From the NCBI GenBank assembly GCA_017557185.1, contig JAFZAP010000023.1, positions 10,526-74,525 on the forward strand: DNA of 64,000 nucleotides. Reading direction: 5' to 3'. This document shows, in pieces, positions 20,501-29,331 of this stretch (the stretch's first letter is position 1; the number at the start of each line of letters is the position of its first letter). The notes beneath the pieces are model-generated. The model had not been told where the DNA came from and searched no databases. It worked only from the letters and a program-made list of their open reading frames with translations. The translations under genes and the position numbers were made by a program. The DNA is from Prevotella sp. Lineage in GTDB: Bacteria; Bacteroidota; Bacteroidia; Bacteroidales; Bacteroidaceae.

Positions 20501-21174
20501 AAATCGTGCAGCGCCTTCGGGTCGTCCTGTCCGTCGGCATTCTTCAGCGAAACGGGTTCATTGGCTAGCTCGATGCTGATCTGGCCGGAATACTTCTTGA
20601 TGGAGTCGTTCTTTGTGAACAGGTCCCACACCGTCAGCAGGTAGTTCTGATAGTAGTCGCCCACCTTCAGATTGCCAGGACATACGCCCGGCGGGCGCAC
20701 CACCACATACATGCCGTGCTTCATGGCATTGCTGGCAATCGGGAAATAGAGCGTCTTCAGATACGAGGTGAGGCGGTTGGGATTGAACTTCCTGATGTCG
20801 GCCTCGCCCTGCGCGTCCTCGGCAGGCTGCTCCCTCGCCCCCGACCAAGTGTAGCCGCTGTTCGGGTCGTTGGTCCATGCGGGTTCGAGATGCAAGCGGA
20901 ACACATCGCACTTCGCCACCTCCAGTCCTTGGAACAGCTTTTCGAAGTATTCGATACAGCGTTTGCGGCCAGCGTCGTCGTACGACCATCCCCAGCGTCC
21001 GTTGTTAAACCAGGCACTGGGCGTATCCATCACGCCGTGCAACACCACGTGATTTCCGTGTGTGTCGGCCAGCCAGCGTCCCTCGACATGCAGTGTCGGC
21101 AGGGGTTTCACGCCTTGTCCCATCATGGGCAGCGCCGCGAAAGCCAGCCATAGGAGTAAGTATAGTTTTTTCAT
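17509..21174 (-). CDS. Multimodular GH5 + GH43 glycoside hydrolase with Ig-like domain and secretion tail
   Basis: Signal peptide; GH5-like ANEP and ITE motifs; GH43 DFPDPDVIRVG, WAC, DP and EG motifs; beta-sandwich WQWNHNP; GIYDLQGRRV...KGVYIVNGKK tail. Confidence 0.85.
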   Translation of the reverse strand: MKKLYLLLWLAFAALPMMGQGVKPLPTLHVEGRWLADTHGNHVVLHGVMDTPSAWFNNGRWGWSYDDAGRKRCIEYFEKLFQGLEVAKCDVFRLHLEPAWTNDPNSGYTWSGAREQPAEDAQGEADIRKFNPNRLTSYLKTLYFPIASNAMKHGMYVVVRPPGVCPGNLKVGDYYQNYLLTVWDLFTKNDSIKKYSGQISIELANEPVSLKNADGQDDPKALHDFFQPVVDKIRANGFTGIIWVPGTGWQANYADYATYPIEGYNIGYAVHDYCGWYGCSDSSPSPTNKINQFHKQVPVVDTNPVIITEVDWSPKKPGEGHYNEHGDWVEPNYGTWATGSTSKWGKAFKAMLDHYGNISMTLSGTSCLIDVDTLINKGKVVPAFDGLEEACGKACMDWYADYYQVDWAHADFKNKIASDQGTRYANTVVRADFPDPDVIRVGDTYYMVSTTMHHFPGATILKSKDLVNWEYCAQPLTQLSTADNYNLAPGTDAYARGMWACSMKYHDGKFYLLINGNDAGGWLLTAGDPEGKWEKKRLSRIYYDPGMLFDNGKVYVACGIGNIQMCELDKDFNFIREQNVIKDKDGLEGCHLYKKGDYYYIYATYGGWPSGQAIFRSKDIFGPYEEQMLIEKIIDGSPNTVHQGALVFMPEEPTTDQSDEGKGEWWTILQEDLGALGRMPNLQPVRWSNDWPIVGSSGKPVKTRLKPTVNIKYPVSYLPTNDNFRSYPLGMQWQWNHNPDDGCWSLFERPGWLRLKASGTAQRLTAARNMLTQRIFAYTDRPSTGTVRLDVTNLVEGNVAGICVLQDPYAMIAVRVKDGQRQIVWRQDTLRVSDSFKPNQKIVAADIDSVVYLRASMNYSTSKVRFYYSLDNVTYTPLGGETTLGFNLTVFVGARFGLFCYNTDSAEGYADFDWFSTEDTFDEAMFYPEHFEGFNEDMLTAESLAIGSEEMEIMVGNSTALTLNATYRDGHTENVAAQARFETNAPEVVQLQNGLVRGLAEGIAEVTATYLDPMGNELKATFTVRSTFFPFGKEYINTSLFSQGTYTESTHTFKPGQWGQMGWEYPNGADMSAYRYLVIKLKRTQNCDAHLNIFTANSIWSPCCESPAFGSKKQIVVDFNTAKYTSGDTKGQPLDTKNIHIVCFWGNGNGTIVVDDMYLTNNSDYSREDPTSISFAEYDDHSQYPAGIYDLQGRRVADENLSTTQLPKGVYIVNGKKVVVR

Positions 21175-21270
21175 TGCTATTTAAGTAATTGTTTGTATTT
21201 GCCTGCAAAATTACTACTTTTTTTTCATTTCTCAAATAAATGTTGTACTTTTGCATACAAATCAAAGAAT

Positions 21271-21723
21271 ATGACCAACGAGAAGAAATCTATCATCATG
21301 CAGCACGAAAATATCATTGAGGACTATCTGACAGAACCTTACTGGGTGGTCGACATCCTGCCGAAGCAGGTTCCCAAAGATAGTCACGGCCAATATTTCA
21401 CCATTGAGAAGTATTATCTGACTCCCGAGCAGAGCGAACGGCGCTGCCGGCAGTTCAGCGACATACTCATCAAACTCAACTGCTATGAAGATATGGATGT
21501 TTTTCATTCGTCAGAGCAGTGGGTGCACAATCCCCACCCTCAAACGCTTTCTGATTGGGTACAGGAGCAGAAGCCCCTTTTCGTTGTGATGAAGTCAGCC
21601 GACACGATGATCACAATCAACGGTGACGACACCTATATGACACTTTACAACCCCAGCGAAGAACTCTTGACCGTCGTCAGCGCGCTGGCGACAGCCGAAG
21701 GGTTGTTCCTGTGGAAGCCATAG
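21271..21723 (+). CDS. Hypothetical protein
   Basis: 150-aa ORF downstream of a TACTTTTG promoter box, divergent from the GH5-GH43 gene. Confidence 0.65.
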   Translation: MTNEKKSIIMQHENIIEDYLTEPYWVVDILPKQVPKDSHGQYFTIEKYYLTPEQSERRCRQFSDILIKLNCYEDMDVFHSSEQWVHNPHPQTLSDWVQEQKPLFVVMKSADTMITINGDDTYMTLYNPSEELLTVVSALATAEGLFLWKP

Positions 21724-21727
21724 GCCG

Positions 21728-22093
21728 CTACTTCGCTAATTGATAGCCAATCACCACCGCGATGAGCCCGAGCACGAGGCTCGCTAGCGTGTAGAGCACT
21801 GCCGACAGCAACGCCCCGTCGCGACCTAACAAGAGGTTTTCGTTCATAAACGTCGAGAAGGTGGTGAAGCCGCCGCAGAAGCCCGTCACCAACACCAGCT
21901 TCGTGGTGGGCGATATCTGCCCGCCAAGCGACATGCCCGACAGCAGTCCAATCAGGAAACAGCCCACGACGTTCACCGTCATCGTTCCCCATGGAAAACT
22001 CTCTGCCGCCCATGTCTGGAAGACTCGGCCTACCAGATACCGTGCGCCGCCTCCGAAGAAGCTGCCCACGCACACTAACAGCAATTCTTTCAT
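21728..22093 (-). CDS. crcB: Fluoride channel CrcB/FluC
   Basis: FPWGT and GFCGGFTTFSTF signature. Confidence 0.95.
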   Translation of the reverse strand: MKELLLVCVGSFFGGGARYLVGRVFQTWAAESFPWGTMTVNVVGCFLIGLLSGMSLGGQISPTTKLVLVTGFCGGFTTFSTFMNENLLLGRDGALLSAVLYTLASLVLGLIAVVIGYQLAK

Positions 22094-22094
22094 T

Positions 22095-22592
22095 CTATAT
22101 GGTTATTGCGTCGATGGCCTTGCGTTTCTTTTCCTTTGGCTCGTCGGCAGCATAGCCGATGGGAATCAGCACTGCCGGTTCCTCGTTGTCGGCGATGCCG
22201 AAGAGGTGCTTACACTTGAGCGCATCGAAGTTGCACACCCAGCATGTGGCAAGGCCCTGCTCCGTGGCGGCCAGACACAGATGCTCCACGGCGATGGCGA
22301 TATCGATGTCGCCATGATGCTTGCCGTCGGCGCGCACCCACTCCTCATCATGCAGGATGCTGCAGATGATGTACATCGGAGCCGACTGGAACCACTCACG
22401 GTCGTAGCACCCCTGCAGTTTCGCCTTGTCAGCCTCATCGTTTACCACTCGGAACCTCCACGGTTGCCTGTTCACCGCCGACGGAGCAAAGCGCACGCAC
22501 TCCAGTACATAGTCCAGCTTCGCCTGTTCCACCTGCTTCGGCTGATAGCTCCTACAGCTATACCTCTGCTTCACTAAATCCAAAAAGTTCAT
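22095..22592 (-). CDS. Nitroreductase family protein
   Basis: RYSCRSY, APSAVNRQPW and GLATCWV motifs. Confidence 0.92.
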   Translation of the reverse strand: MNFLDLVKQRYSCRSYQPKQVEQAKLDYVLECVRFAPSAVNRQPWRFRVVNDEADKAKLQGCYDREWFQSAPMYIICSILHDEEWVRADGKHHGDIDIAIAVEHLCLAATEQGLATCWVCNFDALKCKHLFGIADNEEPAVLIPIGYAADEPKEKKRKAIDAITI

Positions 22593-22596
22593 CTTC

Positions 22597-23010
22597 TTAC
22601 TCTCCTATGATTGTGATTACTAACTTCCTCCCTCCGCCATAGTTGCGGTATTCGCAGAAATAGATGCCCTGCCACGTGCCGAGGTTCAGCCGGCCATTGG
22701 TGATGGGAATGGTGATACTGACACCGCTCAGCGTCGACTTGGCATGAGCGGGCATGTCGTCGGCACCTTCCAGCGTGTGCTGGTATTCAGGCCGATTCTC
22801 CGGCACGAGGCGATTGAAGATGGTCTCCATATCCACTCGCACGTCGGGATCGCAGTTCTCGTTGATGCTCAGTCCGCAACTGGTGTGCTTCGTGAAGATG
22901 TTCATGATGCCCGTCTTCGGCAACTTCGGCAACTGGCTTAGTATCTCGGCCGTCACCAGGTGGAATCCTCGCCGTTTCGGCTTCAAGGTGATTTCAATTT
23001 GCTCTACCAT
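22597..23010 (-). CDS. yjbQ: YjbQ/UPF0047 secondary thiamine-phosphate synthase family protein
   Basis: HTSCGLSINEN, AHAKS and LGTWQGIY motifs. Confidence 0.9.
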   Translation of the reverse strand: MVEQIEITLKPKRRGFHLVTAEILSQLPKLPKTGIMNIFTKHTSCGLSINENCDPDVRVDMETIFNRLVPENRPEYQHTLEGADDMPAHAKSTLSGVSITIPITNGRLNLGTWQGIYFCEYRNYGGGRKLVITIIGE

Positions 23011-23128
23011 ATTCGTGGCAACATTTGTTCATTCTTTGTGCAAATGTACAAAAAAACACTTACTTTTAAGAAGAATCCTGGGGAAATTCAAAAAAAACGT
23101 GTAACTTTGTCGCAAAAACAGATTAGAC

Positions 23129-23953
23129 ATGTCGTTCCTTACACGAAAATATCCCTTCAAGCAGAGTGAGCACTGGCTGAGAGACAGCCTTTTCTATGGC
23201 ATCGTCATCTGGGCGATGCTCTATTTCCTGCAGCCGTTCGGATTCAGTATGTACGTTGGCAGCAAATGCCTGATAGCTGCGGTGTTCGGCCTCGTCACAT
23301 CGGGCTGCTACGCCCTCTACGGCTGGACGGTCTGCAGGCAGTTGTATCGCAGCGTCCGACCTTGGCGCATCTGGCACGAAGGATGCACGGTGCTCGGCTT
23401 GATACTCTTCATCGCCATCTGCAACTTCCTGCTGTTCTCCTTCCTCTTCCATTACCCCATCTACCTGCATGTGTTCCTGCTGTTCCTCTATTGGACAGTC
23501 ATCATCGGTATCATCATGACTGCACTCTCCATCGGCATAGCCTACAACCGCAGCCTGAGAGAGCGTATGGAGGAGCTGCTGGGAAACACTGCCGAAGAGC
23601 AGAAGGACATCGCCATCACCATCCACGATACCAATGTCAGAGGCAACGATCTAACCATCCCCATTAACAGCCTGCTCTACATCGAGGCACAGAAGAACAA
23701 CGTTGCCGTCAGCTATCTCAACGAAGGACAACCCGCCACTGTCGAGGTACACACCACGCTAACCGCCGTCATCGACGAGCTCAAGGACTACGAGAACATC
23801 TTCCAGTGCCATCGCTCGTTTGTGGTGAATGTCAACAACATCACCTCAGCAAAGGGCAACTCCAACGGCTATCAGCTGACGCTCGGCCCATGTCGCACGA
23901 GCATCCCCGTGGCCCGCTCGTATGTGCCCCACCTGAAGTCGTTCATCGCTTAG
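23129..23953 (+). CDS. Membrane-bound LytTR-domain transcriptional regulator
   Basis: Four TM helices plus LytTR motifs LLYIEAQKN, FQCHRSFVVN and IPVARS; no receiver domain. Confidence 0.88.
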   Translation: MSFLTRKYPFKQSEHWLRDSLFYGIVIWAMLYFLQPFGFSMYVGSKCLIAAVFGLVTSGCYALYGWTVCRQLYRSVRPWRIWHEGCTVLGLILFIAICNFLLFSFLFHYPIYLHVFLLFLYWTVIIGIIMTALSIGIAYNRSLRERMEELLGNTAEEQKDIAITIHDTNVRGNDLTIPINSLLYIEAQKNNVAVSYLNEGQPATVEVHTTLTAVIDELKDYENIFQCHRSFVVNVNNITSAKGNSNGYQLTLGPCRTSIPVARSYVPHLKSFIA

Positions 23954-24061
23954 TCATTCGTCCGCAATCTTAGTCATTCGCCCTCGGGCTTAGCTTTCCG
24001 TCAGCAGTTCTAGCTGTCGGTCAGCAATATTTGGAGGTATCGGTTTCTTGCTGTACATTTG
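23949..24061 (+). promoter_or_regulatory. Three direct repeats (putative LytTR operator) and promoter of the TonB-dependent receptor
   Basis: CTTAGTCATTCG at 23949 and 23969, CTTAGCTTTCCG at 23989; TACATTTG -7 box at 24054. Confidence 0.65.
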
Positions 24062-24065
24062 CAGC

Positions 24066-26111
24066 ATGAAACATCGTTTTGCACATATCATCATCTTGCT
24101 GATGGGCGCCTGCCACATGGGGGCGCAGACCATCGTCACAGGCACGGTCGGCGACGGACACGAGCCGCTCACGGGTGCCAACGTATTTTTATTAGGTAGC
24201 ATCGACGGATGTCTCACCGACTCACTGGGCCGCTTCTCGTTCACCACCCAGCAGACAGGTGAGGTGACGCTGCGGGCGACCTTCATCGGCTTCAACGACT
24301 ATACTTTCACAGCCGACGTCGGTCAACTGCAGAACCTCACCATCAACATGGCAGAGCGGGCACTGTCGATCAACGAGGTAGCGGTGACCGCTAGCACCTT
24401 CAGCTTCGGCAGAAGCGACAGCTTCAAGACGATGGACGCCCTCGACGTAGTGATGGCAGGCAACTCGTGTGGCGACATCGTGGCAGCCCTGCAGACACTG
24501 CCCGGGACCCAGATGGTGGGCGAGGACGGTAAGCTCTACGTGCGTGGCGGCGAGAGCGACGAGTGTCAGACATTCGTCAACGGCATGCATGTGCTCATAC
24601 CCTATAGCACCGAAACCGAGAATTCGGCTGTGCGAGGCCGCTTCTCGCCCTTCCTGTTCAAGGGTATCAGCTTCTCGCTGGGCGGCTATGGCGGCGAATA
24701 CGGCCAGGCGCTGTCGGCGGTGCTCCCCATGGAAACCACCGATATGGCGACAAGCGACAAATACGGTGTGAGCGCATCGCTCGTCGATTGGAATATCGGC
24801 GGCACGAAGGCCTTCACCAACAGCTCGCTGTCGTTCAATGCCGCGCTGACCAGCCTCGGCCTCTACGACCGCCTGTTCACACAGCGTTTCGACTTCACCC
24901 GCCCCTATCGAAAGCTCTCGGGCGAGGCACAATACAAAACAGAGCTCAGCGCGACGAGTGTGCTGAAGTCGTATGTGGGCTACGACCTCACGTCGGTCGG
25001 CCTGCACGTCGACGACCGCAACCTCAACCTCTGCGAGCACAACGTCTATGCCAACATCACACACCGCACGCAGATAGCCCGCTCCACCACTCTTTTCACA
25101 GGTATCGCCAACTCCAGCGTCTGGAACAATATCGACGATGCCGTCTCGGCAGGCGACCACTATCGCAACTTCCGCAACGAGGTACACCTGAAGGCTGAGC
25201 TGCACAAGGTGTGTTCCGATGCGCTAAAGCTCTCGGCAGGCGTCGAGGACTATATCCGCAACAGCACGCTGCGCTTCGCCCCCTATCGCTACGACCTCGC
25301 CTACAACATCCTGGCAGCCCATGCCGATGCCCAGTGGCGCATCGTCCCGCGGGTATTCCTCAACGTCTCGGCACGCACGGAGGCCATGTGGAACCACCGG
25401 CTGCTCATGCCCAGGGCAACGCTAAGCTACATCCCCAGCCATCGCTTGCAGTTCTCGCTGGTGGCAGGGCGATACAGTCAGACCGCTGCCGACGACTATC
25501 TGGCACAACGCAACCTTCGCCAGAGCACTGCCGACCACGCCGTTTTCTCCATGCAGTATCAGGCAAAGAATACTCTGTTGCGCATTGAACCCTATTGGAA
25601 GCAGTACCACCGGCTGCCCTTGTTGCAGCAAGGCATCTGGCAGCCCAATGGCTACGGCACCAGTCGCGGTGTCGACGTGTTCGTCGAAGACCACTCGCTC
25701 GTCAGGAATCTGGCAACAACACTCTCCTACTCCTACAACGACTCCCGTCGCCTCTACCTCGACTACACCGAAGAGCGCACACCCCACTATGCCTCGCGCC
25801 ACAACCTGCGGCTCACCGCCAAATTCGCCATCGGCAAGTTCATTGCCGGCGTGGCAGAAAGCTATGCCAGCGGGCGCCACTTCCCCACAGGCACCACCCC
25901 CTGCTACAACAGCTTCGACGTCAACCTCACCTGGCTCGCCAGCCCCAAGGTCATCGTCTATACATCGCTCAACAACGTCTTCGGACGCACCAACGTGTTC
26001 CGCTACGACACGGCAGGCAGCCCTGTCACCGCCTCCCGCGACCGTTTCTTCTATATCGGCATATTTGTTTCACTTAAAAATAATAAAGCTTATGACATCT
26101 CAAATTTTTAA
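24066..26111 (+). CDS. TonB-dependent receptor (non-SusC) with N-terminal carboxypeptidase-regulatory-like domain
   Basis: EPLTGANV, plug ALQTLPG/LYVRGG, GGYGGEYGQALS and beta-barrel pattern. Confidence 0.85.
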   Translation: MKHRFAHIIILLMGACHMGAQTIVTGTVGDGHEPLTGANVFLLGSIDGCLTDSLGRFSFTTQQTGEVTLRATFIGFNDYTFTADVGQLQNLTINMAERALSINEVAVTASTFSFGRSDSFKTMDALDVVMAGNSCGDIVAALQTLPGTQMVGEDGKLYVRGGESDECQTFVNGMHVLIPYSTETENSAVRGRFSPFLFKGISFSLGGYGGEYGQALSAVLPMETTDMATSDKYGVSASLVDWNIGGTKAFTNSSLSFNAALTSLGLYDRLFTQRFDFTRPYRKLSGEAQYKTELSATSVLKSYVGYDLTSVGLHVDDRNLNLCEHNVYANITHRTQIARSTTLFTGIANSSVWNNIDDAVSAGDHYRNFRNEVHLKAELHKVCSDALKLSAGVEDYIRNSTLRFAPYRYDLAYNILAAHADAQWRIVPRVFLNVSARTEAMWNHRLLMPRATLSYIPSHRLQFSLVAGRYSQTAADDYLAQRNLRQSTADHAVFSMQYQAKNTLLRIEPYWKQYHRLPLLQQGIWQPNGYGTSRGVDVFVEDHSLVRNLATTLSYSYNDSRRLYLDYTEERTPHYASRHNLRLTAKFAIGKFIAGVAESYASGRHFPTGTTPCYNSFDVNLTWLASPKVIVYTSLNNVFGRTNVFRYDTAGSPVTASRDRFFYIGIFVSLKNNKAYDISNF

Positions 26112-26571
26112 ACTCCGCGTGATCACCATCGCCATCTGCATGATGGCAGTAGTCAACATCCATGCTCAGCAGCCCGCTGCCGAGGACATGCTCAACAACA
26201 TCGCCAGACTGAAGCGCATCGAGGCCATGCAGCCCGACAGCGTGCAGCCCAAGTTTCAACTTGCACTGCAGTGCCTATCGTTCGCGGTGACCAATCCCCA
26301 TGCCCCGCAAACTGAAAACACCATCGCCGAGGCTGAGCAGGCCATCACACAGATGTCGGCGATGAAGGGCGCCGACCAGTCCGATCTCTGCACCCTTCGC
26401 GGCTTCCTCTACATGGTGCGCATCGTGCAGAATCCCGCGCAGAACGGCCAGCGCTACTATCTCCAGGTGATGGAGAACTATGAGAAGGCCCTGAAGCTCA
26501 ATCCCGACAACCAACTCGCCAAGCAACTCCAGCAACGATTCTTCGAGGGAATGAAGCAGGCCAGGGAGTGA
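26092..26571 (+). CDS. Secreted TPR-like hypothetical protein
   Basis: Signal peptide and YEKALKLNPDN TPR motif; overlaps the receptor 3' end. Confidence 0.75.
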   Translation: MTSQIFKLRVITIAICMMAVVNIHAQQPAAEDMLNNIARLKRIEAMQPDSVQPKFQLALQCLSFAVTNPHAPQTENTIAEAEQAITQMSAMKGADQSDLCTLRGFLYMVRIVQNPAQNGQRYYLQVMENYEKALKLNPDNQLAKQLQQRFFEGMKQARE

Positions 26572-26579
26572 GGCTGGTG

Positions 26580-26620
26580 AGCCTCCCTCCCTTCTCCCCT
26601 CCCATGGTGAGGGGCTGGGC
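26580..26620. repeat. Intergenic copy of the CCCCTCCC/GGGAGGGG palindromic element
   Basis: tctcccctcccatggtgaggggctggg. Confidence 0.65.
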
Positions 26621-26779
26621 CTAATCATGAACTGGGTGTTTTCCCTACTAACATTTGGGGAAAACACCCTTTCGATTTAGGATTATTCCTTTGCAAACCT
26701 GGTGAAATGAGCCTATCTTTGCCGATGAAAACAAGTAACAACGAAATGTCTCACCTTTTAAAGTATAGGAGATTATATT

Positions 26780-27445
26780 ATGAAGAAGATGATGATTTGG
26801 GCAGTGATGATGGTCATGACCGTCTCGGCCAACGCAATGAGCTATAACGCAGCAAAGAACGAGGCTCTCTTCCTGAGCGACAAGATGGCTTACGAACTGG
26901 GACTCACGGCTGCACAGTATGAGGCTGTCTATGAAATCAACCTCGATTACCTGATGAGTTTGAACGGCCACGCCGACGTGTTTGGCATCTGGTGGGATCG
27001 CCGCAACGCTGATCTCCGCTTCGTGCTCACCGCCTGGCAGTACGACAAGTACATGAGCCTCGCCTACTTCTATCGCCCCGTGGCATGGACGACAGGCAGC
27101 TGGACGTTCTCCATCTACTCTCACTACGACAGGAGTCGGTTCTTCAATGCACATCCGAAGGTGTTCGTGACTTACAAGGGTGGCAACAGCAAGCGCGATG
27201 CTCACTTCTATGCTGACCGCAAAGTGACGAAGCCCAGCGTGAATCACAACAACCCGAAGACGCACAACAACAAGCCCGCTGTGAAGAATGACAATAAGAC
27301 GTGGCGTAACAACGGCAACCACAACGGCAGTAACAACTCGTCGAATCGTCAGGTCACACAGCGCTCCACACAAAACAATGGTTTGCTGGCGAAGAATACG
27401 AAAACCAACGGTAACGGCTCTGGTCACTTCGGTGGACGCAGATAG
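26780..27445 (+). CDS. Secreted hypothetical protein with LTxxQ helical domain and Asn-rich tail
   Basis: Signal peptide; DKMAYELGLTAAQYEAVYEIN; low-complexity C-terminus; TATCTTTG promoter box. Confidence 0.75.
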   Translation: MKKMMIWAVMMVMTVSANAMSYNAAKNEALFLSDKMAYELGLTAAQYEAVYEINLDYLMSLNGHADVFGIWWDRRNADLRFVLTAWQYDKYMSLAYFYRPVAWTTGSWTFSIYSHYDRSRFFNAHPKVFVTYKGGNSKRDAHFYADRKVTKPSVNHNNPKTHNNKPAVKNDNKTWRNNGNHNGSNNSSNRQVTQRSTQNNGLLAKNTKTNGNGSGHFGGRR

Positions 27446-27522
27446 TTCCCATCAACTCTACTATATGCCTTGAACAAAGGACCTGCGGGGAATCTCAGCA
27501 ATGGGGTTCCCCGTTCTTTTTG

Positions 27523-27553
27523 GCCTCACCCCAGCCCTCTCCGAAGAGGGGCG
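27523..27553. repeat. Intergenic copy of the palindromic element
   Basis: gcctcaccccagccctctccgaagaggggcg, next to a terminator-like hairpin (27486-27521). Confidence 0.65.
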
Positions 27554-27559
27554 CTGTGT

Positions 27560-28102
27560 TCACTGAATCTCCTCCAAGGCGCCCGTCACTGAGTCGATGA
27601 TGAAGCCGCGCACCACCACATCCTTCGGAACAAGCGGATGCGTCTTGATGGTTTCGACGGTCTTGCGGACGGATGTCGGCGTGTCCTTGAAGCCTTCCAG
27701 CCACGCATCGAGATCGACACCGCACTTGCGGATGGTGTCGAGCGTCTCTTCGGTCACGCCGCGATGCGTCATCTCCTCGTGGAAGTGCTCAAAGCTCATG
27801 TGGCAAGCACCGCATTGCGAATGTGCCACAACCATCACCTCCTCGACGCCCAACTCGTAGATAGCGACGATCAGGCTGCGCATAGCCGAGTCGAAGGGTG
27901 CTATCACCAGCCCTCCGGCATTCTTGATAATCTTCGCATCGCCGTTCTTCAGGCCGAGTGCCGCGGGGAGCAACTCCGTCAGTCGGGTGTCCATGCACGA
28001 CAGCACCGCCAGCCGCTTGTCAGGATACTTGTCGGTGATATACTTCTCATAACCCTTCTCTGCAACGAAGGTCTTGTTGTAAGCAATAATCTGGTCTATC
28101 AT
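27560..28102 (-). CDS. Beta-class carbonic anhydrase
   Basis: SCMDTR, KNAGG and HSQCG zinc ligands. Confidence 0.93.
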   Translation of the reverse strand: MIDQIIAYNKTFVAEKGYEKYITDKYPDKRLAVLSCMDTRLTELLPAALGLKNGDAKIIKNAGGLVIAPFDSAMRSLIVAIYELGVEEVMVVAHSQCGACHMSFEHFHEEMTHRGVTEETLDTIRKCGVDLDAWLEGFKDTPTSVRKTVETIKTHPLVPKDVVVRGFIIDSVTGALEEIQ

Positions 28103-28140
28103 ATCACAAATGTTTTTGGGGCAACAACCTTCGGGGTGAA

Positions 28141-29331
28141 CTATTTGAAAAGATACTGCGCGAACTCGTGCAGCGACTTGCGCCACACCTGCCACTCATG
28201 GTCGCCGGGATAGGAGTTGAAGCGCACCTCCACCCCACTCTCGCGCATCTTCTTCACGATGTCGCGGGTGTATTCGATGCGGGGATCTTGTTCGCCACAA
28301 CTCACGAAGAACACGTCGAACTGCCGATTGAACGTCTTCACATCGCTGAGCATACCAGGCACTTCTTTCTCGAGGTCGAAGTTTGAGGCTCCGCGAATGC
28401 CACCGAACATGCCCGTGGAGAACACGCCGACGTTGGCAAACACCTCGGGCGAGCGCAGGCCGATGTAGAACGACTGCCCGCCACCCATCGACAGACCGCA
28501 CATGGCACGGCTCTTGCAGTCTTTCTTTACACGATAGGTCTTCTCCACGAACGGGATGATGTTTTCTATCATCTCCGAGCGGAATGCCTGCATGCCCTGC
28601 CAGTTGTAGCCACCGCCCATGCCGCCATTGGTCGAACGGACATTGCTGTTTGCACTCACCACGATCATCGGCACCGCCTTGCCGGCAGCGATGAGATTGT
28701 CCATGATCTGAGCGGTGCGACCCTGCTCCATCCAACCGCGATGGTCCTCGCCGCCGCCATGCTGGATATAGACCACGGGATATTCCTGCTTGCCCTCGTC
28801 GTAGCCTGCAGGGGTATAGACCATCAGCGGCCGCCACGAACCATCGACCTGCGAGTAATAATGAACGGTTCGCACCTCGCCATGCGGCACATCGTGAACC
28901 TCAAAGTCGTCCATCCCCGCCTCCTGAATCTCGATGGCACTCGACCAGCGGCTGCAGCCATAGAACGTCTGGCTGGCAGGATCGGCCACCGAGACGCCAT
29001 CCACTATCAGGAAGTAATAGTGGTAGCCGGGCACCTGCGGTTTCGTGGTGACCGTCCACACGCCGCCTTCCGATTTCTGCATGTCGTACTTCGTGCCGCA
29101 GAGGTCGATCTGTACGCTCTGTGCCTGCGGGGCGTTGACGCGGAACATCACGCTGTTGTCGGCCAACACACGCGGATAGCCGCTGCGGTTGATGTTGGTC
29201 ACGGGGGAGTAGGAACCCTCGGGGAAGCTCTCCCGGCGGAATCCCTGCGCTGCCACTTGCGTGCAAATCACGATTGCCAGCACCACAGCCAGCACAATTC
29301 TCTTCGTTTTCATCGCTTTCATAGGTTTCAT
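28141..29331 (-). CDS. Carbohydrate esterase (CE1-like) with N-terminal CBM48-like domain
   Basis: Signal peptide; VYTPAGY, HGGG, GLSMGG and HEWQVW motifs. Confidence 0.88.
   Translation of the reverse strand: MKPMKAMKTKRIVLAVVLAIVICTQVAAQGFRRESFPEGSYSPVTNINRSGYPRVLADNSVMFRVNAPQAQSVQIDLCGTKYDMQKSEGGVWTVTTKPQVPGYHYYFLIVDGVSVADPASQTFYGCSRWSSAIEIQEAGMDDFEVHDVPHGEVRTVHYYSQVDGSWRPLMVYTPAGYDEGKQEYPVVYIQHGGGEDHRGWMEQGRTAQIMDNLIAAGKAVPMIVVSANSNVRSTNGGMGGGYNWQGMQAFRSEMIENIIPFVEKTYRVKKDCKSRAMCGLSMGGGQSFYIGLRSPEVFANVGVFSTGMFGGIRGASNFDLEKEVPGMLSDVKTFNRQFDVFFVSCGEQDPRIEYTRDIVKKMRESGVEVRFNSYPGDHEWQVWRKSLHEFAQYLFK

Noticed and set aside
22094-23128. Fluoride riboswitch upstream of crcB
   Set aside because: crcB is the third gene of an operon with 1-4 bp gaps, and I saw no riboswitch consensus in the leader.
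24066-26111. SusC/SusD pair
   Set aside because: The receptor is short, lacks SusC signature motifs, and the downstream protein is a small non-lipoprotein.
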